The notes beneath the pieces were generated by a model. That model was not told the origin of the DNA, made no database searches, and was given only the letters and a program-made list of their open reading frames with translations. 64,000 nucleotides of DNA from Callorhinchus milii (Eukaryota), in contig NW_024704742.1 in NCBI RefSeq assembly GCF_018977255.1, positions 30,258,001-30,322,000 of the forward strand. The letters are read 5' to 3'. The first letter of the stretch is position 1. Each line of letters starts with the position of its first letter. Shown here one piece after another: positions 25,330 to 39,061 of the stretch. A program made the translations under genes and the position numbers.

Positions 25330-25900
25330 ATTCCGCGTTGTATGTGTAATGCTTAGCAATCAAAATTGATGCATTCCATGACATCAATCAGTTTGTTGTC
25401 ATTGTCCTGCGATATTCGAGCATGCAACAAGCGAAAGAGTGCATCTTGCAAAATCTGTGATCAACAGTGTGCGCCAACCGCAATTGTGTCGTGCTGGTTT
25501 TCCTGCTTGAGGAAGTCACTTGGTGCAATTCTTAGGGAACATCCAACAGATACACTTGCAGGTGGAATCAAAAGCATCACTGATGTATTGATTGCATCAA
25601 GACATTGGTTAACTATGAACTCCCAAGTTGCTGCTGATTTCAGAGCCATTGTATCAGCATGTGAGTGTGAAACCGGACTTGGATAGCGCAATATTTTGTG
25701 TCACAATAAGAACATAACGTTAATCGTTTTAAAATTAGGAACTGTCTGCTGGCCGTGCCAAATAATTAAATATTTCACCACCAGCAGAGCAGGAAAGTGA
25801 TGCTGAAAATTAACTTTCTGTTCAAGGAATTGATAGCGGATTGCTTTTATTGGCCTCATGAAATGGTTGCTTCTTGAACTGCTCATAATTTAATTTGCGT
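25330..25900 (-). mobile_element. Possible decayed hAT transposase C-terminal (dimerisation) fragment
   Basis: LLIPPASVSVGCS followed, after a frameshift, by KTSTTQLRLAH; reminiscent of the hAT PASSASVERSFS...RSTMTQ.RL motif. Confidence 0.3.
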
Positions 25901-26889
25901 GACTTTATCAAGGCAATAAATTGTGAAAACATATTGTACTGTGATTGTCCACTTGTACGCATACTCACAGCGCTGGAGGTGAGGTCTGGGTCAACTTTAC
26001 AACGTAGAAGTTGTCCATTTTCTGGGTTAAAGCCTCCATTTAAAATCTAAAAAACAATCAGTAAAAGTATTATCCATCAAGATTAAAAAATAATAATAAT
26101 TAAGAAACAGCACGCCTAAATATAATCCAGAGCATACTTGAGCTTTACCACAAGGTGGCGTTACCTTACAATGCTTCTAACTATTCACAATGCTTCCCAA
26201 GATTAGTTCAGAATGAACAAGTTTAAAGGAATCTCGTCCTTCCAAAACACCCACCTTTTCATTACAGCATCAAACTACTTTTTATTGAGTCCAGTGTCCT
26301 GACCTCAACTATCGTTCCTGACAACTTGTTCCAGTTATTAATTACCCTCTATATCTCTCAAAACTGAAGAGCCCGAACTTGTCTAATCATTGGTCACAGT
26401 TCATTCCTCTAATACTGGGGATCATTCTCGTTGCTCTCCTGGGCAGCACCTTTGGTGCCCGGGCACTTATGTCACAGTGCCCAGAACTGTATGCAGTACT
26501 CTAGGTGTGGCCTGACCAGAGCACTTTATAACCTGAGTATATGATATCTGGGGATATAAACTAAACCGATTTAGCAATATCGCCCTTATCCTGTTGACAT
26601 TGTTTACATGGTGAGTGAAGAGTCAACTAACACCTCTAGGTAACAATTCCTTAAAAAAAAATTGACCACTTCAATCCACGACTGTTTGTGGGGCACTGCA
26701 ATTGGCTGCCGCGTTTCGCACACAAAATATACAGTCAATTCACTTTGTGAAGTCTTGAAGCCGTGATGAAGCCCAATATCAAATGCAAGGTTTATTATTT
26801 ATTATTATTATTTCTTTTAGCCTCCAACCCCAGATTGCTCACATCTTTGTTCCATTTACTGGACAACTGATGTAATTTAAGCATTAATA

Positions 26890-27226
26890 CAGTCAAACCT
26901 GTCTTCAACAACATCTCAGGGGACTAGACCAAAATGGCCTTTATATAAGGAGAGGCTCTGAGTAAGTGTTCATTGGTATGTGTAGAATTGTATCTGGGCT
27001 GTTCCAGGGTGGTTGCTAAAGGGGGATGGTTGCTGAATGGAGGTGGTTTCTTGAACAGGTTTAATAATAATAATCCTTGCATTTGATATAGAGCTTTTCA
27101 CGTCTTCTAGACGTCTCAAAGTGCTTCATAGAACATACTGTAAAGTGAATTAACTGAACATTTGTGGGCGAAATGCAGCATCCAATTACGCACAGCAGTT
27201 TCCCACAAACAGTTGTGGATTGACTA
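26890..27226. mobile_element. Tc1/pogo(Tigger)-type MITE with a SINE 3' fragment (about 27061-27220) inserted in its right TIR
   Basis: TA|CAGTCAAACCTGT ... ACAGGTT[SINE]TGACTA|TA. Confidence 0.65.
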
Positions 27227-27831
27227 TATGTGGGTCCTGTAGTGGTAGTACGCTCACCTTGCAAGCGTGAGAACCTGGGTTTGATTCCTGGGCAGGGGAA
27301 ATGTTGGGCAACAACAACAAGATTTCATTTATGGAGCGCCTTTCACATCGGGAGGACGTCCCAAGGCGCTGGACAGTTGGGTCGGGACCCGAGCAGGGGG
27401 GAAATGGTCAGGGTGAGGGGAAGGAAGGGAGGGAGCGAGGAGGGGGTAGAGAGTCGAGAAGGGAGCTGAAGGCACGGTCGAAGAGAAAGGTCTTGAAGGA
27501 AGAAAGGGAGGAGGCGGCGAAGGCACTGGGGGATGGAGTTCCAGAGCCTAGGGGCTGAGAGGCTGAAGGCCCGGCGGCGAAATGGGTGAAATGTTGGACA
27601 AGTTTACTGACTCCACATGCCTCTGTTTATTAATAACTTGTGGTATTGTAAACTCTGAATGCAGCAGCTTAATCATGAGTCTTTTCAGTTTTCAATAAAA
27701 ACAGAGAGCTCACTTTGCAACACAAACATTTTCAAACTGCTAGTGAGATATAAATAGGGACAACCGATAATATCAGTGAGAACTCTCTCTCTCTCTTTTG
27801 CTCTCTCTCTCCCAATCGTGTGATTATTATA

Positions 27832-29445
27832 TATAAGACCATAAGACATAGGAGTAGACCATTCGACCCCTCAAGCCTGCCACGCCATTTAATAAGATCA
27901 TGGCTGATCTTCTAACCTAATTCCATTTACCCACCCTATCCCCATATCCCTTAATCCCTCTATCCTTTAGAAATCTATCAACCTCAGTCTTGAATATGTT
28001 TAAGGACTGAGCATCCACAGCTTTCTGGGGTAGAGAATTCCACAAATTCACTACCCCCTGAGTGAAGAAATGTTTCCTCAACTCAGTTTGAAAAGGCTGA
28101 CCCTTAATCTTGAGACTATGACCTCTAGTTTTAGACTCTCCAACCAGGGGAAACAGTCTCATGACATCTACCCTGTCAAGACCCATAAGAATCTTATAGG
28201 TTTCTATAAGATCACCTCTAATTCTTCTATATTCCAGAGAATATAGACTTAGTTTACTCAACCTATCCTCATAGGTCAACCCCCTCACCCAGGAACTAAC
28301 CTAGTGAATCTACTCTGTATCCCCTCCAAGGCGAGTTTGTCCTTTCTTAAATAAGGAGACCAAAACTGCACACAATATTCTAGGTTTGGTCTCACCAAGA
28401 CCTTATACAACTGCAGCAAGACTTCCCTACTCTTGTACTCTAACCCTTTTGTAACGAATGCCAACATGGCATTAGCCTTCCTAGTTGCTTGCTGCACCTG
28501 CAAACTAACTTTTTGTGACTGGTGAACAAGGACACCCAAATCCCTCTGAACACTAACACTACCTAGTCTCTTCCCCTCTAGAAAATAATCTGCTTTTCTA
28601 TTTTTACTACCTAGGTGCATTCTTCGTGCGTCATCCTCACAGCTTACTCTCCCACCTATCTTCGTATCGTCCGCAAATTTAGATATGTTAAGTTCTATTT
28701 CCTCATCTAAATCATTGATATGGACTGTAAATAATTGAGGCCCAAGCACTGATCCTTGTGGCTCTCCACTAGTCACATCCTGCCAATCTGAGAAGGACCC
28801 GTTTATCCCTACTCTCTGTTTTCTTCCTGTCTCCAATCCATGCTAATATATTGCCTTTAATTCCATGGGCTCTAATCTTATTCAACAGCCTTTTAAGTGG
28901 CACCTTGTCGAATGCCTTCTGGAAATCCAAATTCACCACATCTACTGGTTTCCCCCTATCTAACCTGCTAATTACATCCTCAAAACACTCTATAAGATTT
29001 GTTGAACGTGATTTCCCTTTCGTAAAGCCATGTTGACTCTGCCTAATCATGTCATGACTTTCTAAGTTCCCCACGACGACGTCCCTAATTTTAACTTAAG
29101 ATTTAAATTTTAACGTCTCTAGAATTTTCCCTACCACTGATGTCAGACTAACTGGTCTATAGTTCCCTATTTTTTGTTTCCCACCCTTCTTAAATATTGG
29201 CATTACGTTTGTGACATTTCAATCAATGGGAACCATTCCAGAATCCAGGGAATTTTGGAAGATCAAAAACAAAGGATCCACTATCTCTGCAGCCACCTCT
29301 TTTAAAACCCTAGGATACAGGCCATCAGGTCCAGGGGATTTATTGGTTTTTAATCCTGTCAATTTCTCTAGTACTATTGCTTTACGGATGTTCATTTCTT
29401 TAAGTTCCTCACAAACATTAGGCTCCAGGTTCCCCTCTATTTTCG
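27832..29445 (-). mobile_element. CR1 LINE, 5'-truncated, with frameshifted RT and 3' tail
   Basis: QHGFTKGKS..TNL, LDFQKAFDKVP, VTSGEPQGSVLGP, KFADDTK, LEYCVQFWSP, RGDLIETYKI; tail repeat ATAAGAC. Confidence 0.95.
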
Positions 29446-31878
29446 GTAAGTTTGGAAAGTTTATTGATTTTATAATTATATATATATTATATCATTCGAT
29501 GGAGTAGAGTCCTGTATTTCAGTGATTGGAGCACACGCCTTGCAAGGGAGAGACCTGGGTTTGATTTGTGGCAGGGCGAAATGTTGGCCAAGTTTTCTTA
29601 CTCCACACGCCTCTGTTTATCTAGCAGTAACTGGGAACCCAGTTATCAGTCGATTGACAGATCGCCTTTCCAGGATAATGGTCCCTTTTTTAAAAAAATA
29701 CAGTATATCTTGTGAAGCGCTTAAATATTATTATCTACAAAGTTAAATGGAATGATTTCTTCACACAGGAACTTACTTTAATTGTTGAATTCATTCTTAA
29801 CTTGCAAGCTTTTTTCCCGTTGTTCTTAAACTTGTGGAAGCACAGCTATGAGGTTGTCACTGTGGTTAATAATTTCCAGAATTCTGGAAAGTCTAAACTG
29901 TGAGAGACATGCTGGCATGATAGAGAGGGGAGTTTCTCCCAGTGTCTTCCAGATAAAGTTGTTCATTCGCCTCCTGGCTACCTGTGGATCAATGCTTTGC
30001 CGAGTTATCAACAATAGCAATTACTGTGAAGCGCTTTGAGTCGTTTCATCATGGTATGGCACTATATCAACTATAAAAATTATAAATATTTACCCAGACG
30101 GTCACAAAGCTTAAAATGTCTAAATAGTGGCCTTCTGGCACAAACCTAAATCCTTTCAACATTTATGACTCATGGATAATTATTTATCAACGGCTGGGCA
30201 GAGCCTGTCATTTCAAGCATGTTCATTTCAGTAAAGCACAGCATTCACATATATTAAGTAGACAGCATGATATTGTATGCAGTTAAGTTGTAAGTATGGA
30301 TCTTAAAGATACAATACAACACAAAATTACATTTGTAAAGCGCCATTCACGTCGGGAGGACATCCCAACATGCTGAACAGCCAGGGATTAGGACCCGAGT
30401 GGGGATTTTTGTTACAGAGAGGGTAGGAGAGTGGCCAAATAATAATAATAATAATAATAATCCTTGCATTTGATACAGCGCTTTTCACGTCGGGAGGACG
30501 TCCCAAAGCGCTTCACAGAACACACTGTAAAGTGAATTGACTGTATATTTGTGGGTGAACGTGGCAGCCAATTGCGCACAGCAATGTCACACAAACAGTC
30601 GTAAATTGAAAATGACCAATTTATTATTGGATTTGGTTTTGGAGGTGCCAAAGGCACTGTCAAAGAGGAGGATCTTAAGGTGTGCCTTGAAGGAGGCAAG
30701 GGAGGGAGAAAGGCGAAGGGAATGTGGGATGGTGTTCCAGAGGGTGGGGGCAGAGAGGCTGAAGGCCCGACCGCCGATAGTGGGGCAGGCTGGGCGGAGG
30801 ACATGGAGCAGGCCAGAGCGGCTAAGCGGAGGGAGTGGACAGGTTGATAAGGGGTTAACCGGTCGGAGAGGTAGGAGGGGCCAAGGCCATGGAGGGCTTT
30901 GAAGGTGAGGACGAGAAAGATTATATTACATTAGGAGGATTTTCATCAGCCACGGACAAACAGAAACCCAATACCATGCTTAAGAGTATTTAAACCAGAC
31001 TGAGAGTTTCACATATGCCTCCCATATATTGAGATTTCCCTCAGTGCTTTGATTATTGGGAGCTGAATGGGAAAAATCCCCGGCCTCAGTATAGCACTGA
31101 AGATAATGGAACTGGACACTAATTACCAAATGTTTCTGTGATTACTGCATTTTACTGCAAATTGAATATCATCACAATAATTGCTATTGACAAATCCACA
31201 AAGCTTGTTCTCGCCTGTGGATAGTTATCAAGCGCTGCCATTATTTGGAACATTTACTTCTTGTCTTCAGCAAGAGTTCAAGTATAAAGTATGCAATAGA
31301 CCTTTGAAAAGGCTTTGTGACATACGTGTCCATGCTCTCGAGGCAATGCAGAGAAAGGCAATGAGACCAATCCTCTACATTTTCTTCCACTTATAGTGTC
31401 ATGAGGACAAATTCAGGCAGACATTACTTCTTGTTACAGTCACCCTTGCCAATGTCTGTGCCCTGTTGTACCAGCCATTGTACAGATATGCAAAACCACA
31501 CTGAGTATAATAAAGTATTAATAATAATAATAATCATCCTTGCATTTGGTACAACGCCTTTCCCATCAGGAGGACATCCCAAAGAGCTTCACAGGATTTA
31601 CTGTGAAGTGCAGTGACTGTGTATTTATGGGCGAACGCGGCAGTCAATAAGGTGAGTGACTAATTTTATTTGAGGGACTGTTGGCCCGATCACCAGGAGA
31701 AACCCCCTTCTCATTTTGAATAGTGCTATAGGATCCTTAACGTCCACTTGAACAGGCATTCGGGACCTCGGTTTAACATCTCATCCAAAGTACAGCACCT
31801 ACAACAATGCAAAACACCATCAACACTGCATTGGAGTCTCCTCTTAGATTATATGAGTCCAAGTCCCGACTTGGGGCT

Positions 31879-32078
31879 TAATAATAATAATAATCCTTGC
31901 ATTCGATATAGCGCTTTTCACATCGGGAGGACGTCCCAAAGCGCTTCACAGAACATACTGGAGTCCTGTAGCTCAGTGGTTAGAGCACTCGCTTTGCAAG
32001 TGAGAGACCTTAGTTCAATTCCAGGCAGAGGGCGAAACCTTGGGCAAGTTTCCTTACTCCACACGCCTAATAATAATC
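31879..32078. mobile_element. Rearranged SINE: minus-strand 3' tail fused to plus-strand 5' head
   Basis: (TAA)n...GAACATACT|GGAGTCCTGTAGCTC...CCTAATAATAATC. Confidence 0.85.
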
Positions 32079-32287
32079 GGCGATCGGGACTTCAGCCTCT
32101 CTGCCCCCAACCTTTGGAACTCCATCCCACAGACCCTTTGCCTCGTTCCCTCCCTTGCCTTCTTCAAGGCTTGTCTCAAGATCTTCCTCTTCAACTGAGC
32201 CTTTGGTCACCCTCCTACCCCGGCCCTCCACCTCTCCTGATCTCAAACGACTGATCAGAGGTCCCTTGGGACATCCTCCCAACATGA

Positions 32288-34650
32288 AACAACAACAACA
32301 ACAACTTGGATTTATATAGCGCCGTCCACACCAGACGGCGTCTCAGAGCGCTTCACAGTAATGAATCCCGGGGCCGAGGGAGGGGGAGGAAGGTGATCAA
32401 AGACGCGATCAAAAAGAAAGGTCTTCAGCAGAGACCTGAAAATAGGAAGAGAGGGAGCGAGGCGAAAGGAGTGAGGAAGGGAGTTCCAAAGCTTCGGGGC
32501 GTAGTGGCTGAAGGCACAGCCGCTGAAGATGGAGCGGAGGACTAGGGGGACAAGGAGGAGGCCAGACCCAGAGGAACGAAGGCAACGGGTACTGTTTTGA
32601 GGAGAGAGGAGGTCAGAGAGGTAGGGTGGTGCAGGGGAGAGGAGGGATTTGAATACAAGAGTGACGATCTTGAAGTTGATCCTCTCTGGGATAGGCAGCC
32701 AGTGCAGTTTGGCAAGGACTAGGGTAATCGGGGAGCGGAGTTTGGTGCGGGTAAGAATGCGGGCAGCAGAGTTTTGTATGACCTGGATTTTATGAATGGA
32801 AGTTGAGGGGAGACCGGCGAGGAAGGCATTTGAATAGTCCAACCGAGAGGTGACAAAGACATGGACCAGGGTTTCAGCAGCTTTTGGAGTGAGGTATGGG
32901 CGGAGACGGGCGATGATTCGGAGGTGGAAGAAAGCGATGCTGGTGAGGGACCGGATGTGGGGGAGGAAGGATAATTGGGGGTTGAACCTGACCCCAAGGT
33001 TGCGTACGGGTTCGGAGAGTTTTAGGGGAAGGTCGGGTAGGTGGAGGAGGTGAGAGCCGTGTGATTTTAGACATTGATGAGAGCCAAAGAGTATGGCTTC
33101 CGTCTTGTCAATGTTCAGCTGAAGGAAATTTGTGCTCATCCAGCTCCTGAAGTTTTGACAGGCAGGCAGATAGAACATCAGGGGACTGGGGGTCGCAAAG
33201 AGAGGTGGAAAAATAGATTTGGGTGTCGTCTGCATACATGTGGAAATGTACCCCATGTCTGAGGATGACATCCCCAAGATGGAGTATGTAGATCAGAAAG
33301 AGGAGGGGGCCAAGGATGGATCCTTGTGGTACCCCGCAGGTAACTGGGTGAGAGCGAGAGGAGAAGCCATTTGTGCAGATGTCCTGCTGGCGGTTTGTGA
33401 AGTAGGACTCGAACCAGGCGAGTGTGGTCCCACTGAGGTGGATGACGGAGGAAAGGCGGCGGATGTGGATGGCGTGATTGACATCGGAGAGGTTCAGGAG
33501 GACAAGGAGGCAGAGGGATCCCTGGTCACAGATAGAGAGGATGTCGTTTATGACTTTCACAAGCGCAGTCTCTGTACTGCGGGCAGGGCGGAAACTGGAC
33601 TGGAGGGGTTCGAAGAGGAAGTGGGAAGAGAGGTGGGCGCGAAGTTGATTGGCAACAACGCGTTATAGGACTTTTGCGAGGAAGGGCAGGTTAGAAATGG
33701 GGCAGTAGTGGCTGGGGTTTGAGGGTACTAGGGAGGGATTTTTGAGGAGGGGGGTGATGACAGCAGTTTTGAGGGGGCAGGGGCTGATCCAGAGGAGAGG
33801 GACTGGTTGATGACGTCAGCCAGTAGTGGGCAGAGGAGGGGGAGCTGGGTGACCAGCAAGTTGGTGGGGAGGGGGTCGAGGCAGCAGGTGGTGGGTTTTA
33901 TGGAGGTGATGGTGGATGAGAGGAAGGAGGGAGAGATGGGGAAGAAGGAATGTAGGATGGGGATTGTGGTAGGAGCAGATGATGGGGAGGGTGAGGGGGA
34001 CAGAAAGGGTGTGGTGGTGGGTGACAAGGGGCAGGTGGATGAGGCTGCCTGGCGGATGTTGTGAATTTTAGATGAAAAGAAGTCCATGACCTCCTTGCAC
34101 TTGGCATTTGATATGAAGATTGAGGAGGCCTGAGGGGGGGGCACGGAGAAGGTAGTGGGTGGTGGGGAAAAAAGGATCTTAGAGCTGTGTTTAGCATCCA
34201 AGATGATGTTGGAGTAAAAGGCCGTTTTTGCACGCGTCAAAGAACGGCAGTAGCTGTGGAGATGCTCGAGCCACAGTTGGCGGTGAACTGTCAGGCCAGT
34301 TTTCCACCATCTGCGCTCGAGCAGCCGGGTTTGGATTTTTAGGCGGTGGAGATGGTTGTTGTACCAGGTGGATCGGGTGGGTTTGGAGATGGTCCTGGAT
34401 TTCAGGGGGACGAGGGAGTTGAAGGTGGAGGAGAGGCGATCATGGAACAGCTGGATGACTGCTTCAAGATCTCCGCGGGTGGAAGGCCAGAGGGATAGGA
34501 TGTTTGATGATGAGAGAGCCTTTGTGAGGGTCTCGGGGGGGTAGCCTTTTCCAAGGGCGGTAGAGGATGGTTGAGGGCTTGGTGGAGGAGAGAGGGATGT
34601 GGGAGGAGAAGGAGATGTGGAAGTGGTCCGTGATGGTCTTGTCCACAATA
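32288..34650 (-). mobile_element. L2 LINE, long fragment of ORF2 with 3' tail
   Basis: KPTTCCLDPLPT, GVPQGSILGPLLF, YADDTQIY, NFLQLNIDKTE, SRLDYSN, QNSAARIL, LHWLPI; tail GCGCTATATAAATCCAA(GTT)n. Confidence 0.95.
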
Positions 34651-37600
34651 TATATATCGAGAGAGGGAGAGAAAGACAGAGAGTAAATTTCTTCATTTAA
34701 GAACAAATGACAATATTGGGAATTAGGATTTTATCGAACATTTCAGAACTTTGGAAGCATCTGTACGAAAAGGTCAGTTTCTTGATAAAGTACTGCTGAT
34801 TTTATATTATGTTTGAAACTTTGATGGCCGTTTTAACTGGCAGTACCAATAAAGCTATACTTTTCTTTTTTTGTATCCCCCCTGCTCATGTCCAAGCAGC
34901 ATTAGTTCTGAAGGACAACAATGATAATAATACATATATTTAATAATAATAAGTTTAATCCTTGCATTCGATATAGTGCATTTGATATTTGATATAATAC
35001 CTAATTATGTTGTCAAGACTTAAAACCATATACTGCAAAGTGATGTGATTTTGTATTTTGTGCATGAACATGACAGGCAACTTGCGCACAGCAATGTCCC
35101 ATAAACAGCCGTAGAGCAAGTGACCAATTTTATTTGGATTGTTAGCCACGATATGAGGAGAAACTCTTCTCTTTTTGAATAATGCCATGGGATCTTTAAC
35201 GTCCATCAGGATAGGCAGACGAGACCTTGGATTTAACATTTAATCCAAAGGGCGGCACCTCCAACAATGCAGAACAAAATAAAAACATTAACAAGGTGTA
35301 ACACACCACATTACAGTATAACATGTGAAGTGTTTTGAGACAACTCAACCTCCCGACAAGGCAACATCATATGCATAGATTATTAACATACTCTTTATTT
35401 CCCCTTTCTTGTGCCTCCTCAGATCACGTGATTGTTACGCTGACACCGACTTCTCAGTTCTCTGCTGACCTTACTTCTTGTAATAATAATAACAATCCTT
35501 ACATTTGGTTTAGTGACATTCACATTGGGAGGACACGCCAAAGCTTTTCCCAGGATATACTGTAAATTGCAGTGACTGTATGTTTTGTACGCAAACAGTT
35601 ATATCACTTGATGGAAACCCTAATCAACTTGCTCTGTGATTTTCTCCCTTCCTGTGCCTCTCATGTGTTTATTGCCTTTCCCCAAAGGTGTATCTGAGAA
35701 CATGATCTAGCATGCAATGTCAGTGTTTGTTGTCCTTTGGAATTGCACAAGTGTGGCTATTGAGTGAAGATATAATGTGGTTCACCTATAACCTTCTTGT
35801 GGTTGAATAACCTTCCAACATTCACTGCCTGGGCTGATACAAAAAGAATACATGAAATGCTGGAATTGCATGACTTGCTGGAGTGCAACCAGTTCCGAGG
35901 ACGCTTCAGGAGCAGAGGGAGAAAACAAAACCAATTATTTCTACACTACAGATGATAATAAGTGTAGATAAAATAAGTGAACGCAAAATAAGTGAGCCTA
36001 TTTATTTTTGTGCATCTTAGCCAAATATTTTCATACTTCACCTTGCAAAAGGGGGAACCTCTGAGACATAGGGCTAGTAGTTGGCTCACCATACTTTGGG
36101 ATGTGATGAGGCACCAGAACAAGGGAGCACCGGTTTAAGGCTAGAAAGGTCAATTTCAGGACAGACACTAGGAATTAGCTTTTTACCCAGAGGGTACTTA
36201 ACAACTGGAATGGGTTACCAGGAAGGATAGTTGACCCCAGGTTTCATGACCCTATTCTGGTCCTCACCGTCAAAGCCCTCCATGGCCTTGCTCCCCCTAC
36301 CTCTGTGACCTCCTAAACCCCTACCATCCTGCTCACTCCCTCTGCTCTAAACTTGATGTTTAGATGGGACAGTAGGATGTGTGGATGGGTATTCTGGATA
36401 TCGGAATCGAACGGGCTAAAGAGCCTTTCTTATTCAAACCTCTTGTGATCTTGTGACTCATGGTAATGTTGAGCGAGTGCAAGCTTGCTGAATGAAGGGA
36501 GTAGTGGCCCATAATGCACACAATGTGTATCTTTTTCTAATGGAAGAATAAATCTTTTATTTGAGCACCAAATATTTTCAGCCATAGAGAGAAATTTGTA
36601 GATTTACATACAACAACAACAACAAAATTACATTTGTATAGCACCTTTCATGTCGGGAGGACGACCCAAGACGCTGGACAGTCAGTGTTTCAGACCCGAG
36701 CTGGTGGTCAGGATTGGGGAGGGTGGAGGGCAAGAGGGGAAGGAGGGTGATCGAAAGCACGGTTGAAGAGGAGGGTCTTGAGATGCATCTTGAAGGAGGC
36801 AAGGAGAGTGGGGGCAGAGTGGCTGAAGGCCCACCCGCCAATGTTGCGATGGGTGAGGCAGGGAACATGAAGCAGGCTAGAGCCTGCTGAGCGGAGGGAG
36901 TGGGCAGGATGGTAGGGGTTTAGGAAGTCACAGAGGTAGGGGGAGCAAGGCCATGGAGGCCTTTGACGGTGAGGACCAGAATAGGGTCATGAAGCCTGGT
37001 TTGGGATAGGACACAGGCTGCAGAGTTCTGGATGATCTGCAGCCTTTGGGGAAGGAGTTGGGGAGGCTGACAAGCAAGGAGTTTGTATAGTCCAGCCTGG
37101 ATGTTATGAATGTGAGTACATAGAATTTAGATCATGGAAACAAGCCATTTGGTTCAACTATTCTGTACTGGCATTTATACTTCACATGAGTCTAAGCCAG
37201 TCCTTACTCCCACTCATAACCTTCTATTGTGTTCTCCTTCAACTGTATATCTACTGTGCAAATTCCACCTGGGCCTAGATTTACACTTTATAAGTGGCAT
37301 TTCAAAGCTTGGAAGGTTTGGTCAATCCTTAAATTCAGACTTAATTTTGAAACGTTAGGTTCTTTTAAAAACTACAGAGCAAATGGCTTCAAAATTAAGA
37401 ATGAACTTCAGAATTATCCAAAATGTACTCCTTCTGAAGTGCTGAGGAAAAAGTTTGAATCCAGACCAGAGTGAAATCATTTCAAAACTGATCTGATGGC
37501 ACCAATGAGTCAGCCTTACTTGTGATCAATGTGTCATTTCCCATTCTGGCTCATCCTGTCCAGAAGTCCTGGACAAATAATGCTCAATTTAAAGCACTTA

Positions 37601-39061
37601 AATACTGAATCACTTAGCAAAGTAAATTGTGGTTTTTATTTATTTGGAAGAAATACTGTTGTATCAGCACGATGCTTTTTAAAACAATGATGATTGAGTA
37701 CAATTGGGTAAGGTTGTTACTAGCTGGACAAAGAATGGGAAAGCTTGCCAGACAGCGATATCAATGGCAAGCTATGTGGTTTTAGCTGGTTAGACTCCAG
37801 CACACTCTGGGGTCCCCAGGTCTTGGCTCTTACCAACCTGCGCCTAATACTTAGGTTAGCAGAATGCATCCTTCCAGCGAGAGAAAGAGAGAGAGTGCGC
37901 ATTCCATTCCAACAATTTATCTCTTGGATTTCCAAGTGTATGTGAAGTTCATGGAGCTCTGTTTGGTTTGGATACTCTTAAGCATTTATGCATGTATCAG
38001 ACACCCGATTGATCAAAGAAAAGTACTCTTCCACGCTCAGTGCGATAATCCCAGCCTTGTTTAGTAAAACATAATAATAATCCTTGCATTTGATATAGCG
38101 CCTTATCACATCTTTGAGACGTCTCAAGGCGCTTCACATAATATACTGTAAAGTGAATTGACTGTATGCTTTGTGGGCAAAATGCAGCAGCCAATTGCGC
38201 ACAGCAGTGTCCCACAAACAGTCGTGGATTGAAGTGACCAATTTATTATGATTTTTTTTAATAATACTTACATTTGGTGTAGCGCCTTTCACATTGGGAG
38301 GACATCCCAATGTGCTTCATGGGATATACTCTAAAATGTAGTGACTGTTTTATGGGTGAACGTGGCAGCCAATTTTCCCAACATTGCCCCACAAACAATC
38401 CTGAAATGAATGACCAATTTTATTTGGGGCCAAGACAGCAGGAGAAACTCCCTTATCTTTTCAAATAGTGCTAATGGGAACTTCAATGTCCACCTGGATA
38501 GGGGGATGGGACCTTGGGTTAACGTCTCATTCAAATGATGGTATGTCCAACAATGCAGCAGAGTCCCAGCATTGCATTAGTGTCATCTTAGACTACCATG
38601 GCCCAACAGGTGGCCCGAAGGCCGCACCCAGCCCGGTGGGTGATTTCAAAGCCATTTCCAACATTCCAACTTGCGTTCCCGCCCTACCTGGTGAACGTCT
38701 TCCCATGTCAGCGGCAAGAGCTGGTTGTTGAGAGGACGCAGCGCGGAGAGTAAAAATAATACTAACCGTTACTGCAGTGTTGACTGGAACTGAGGGGATA
38801 GCAAGCACGTATCCTTCTCTACTGATCAGAGCCTCCCTTGGCCACCGTGGGGGAGACTGAGCACAGACACAGTGAAGTGCCTTGGAGTTTCTTCCCTCTT
38901 TCCCCAGTAAAAAAAATCTGTGCGACCTCCCGCCCCAGCCTTTCCTTTTGCCCAGTAAACACTGGCTTACTGCATGCCCCCACCCACCCCCAACCCCATC
39001 ACTCTCTGAAGCTACATTCTTGCAGTCCCTCCAACTCCCTCCCTCCCTGCTTTCAAGGCAA

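Noticed and set aside
27061..27310. Second twin-primed SINE
   Set aside because: The antisense SINE tail is inserted in the TIR of a Tigger-like MITE, which resumes as TGACTA-TA. The neighbouring head is an independent insertion.
35688..35970. Exon after a strong pyrimidine tract/AG at 35686-35687
   Set aside because: No recognisable product or clear donor; it cannot be supported without RNA data.
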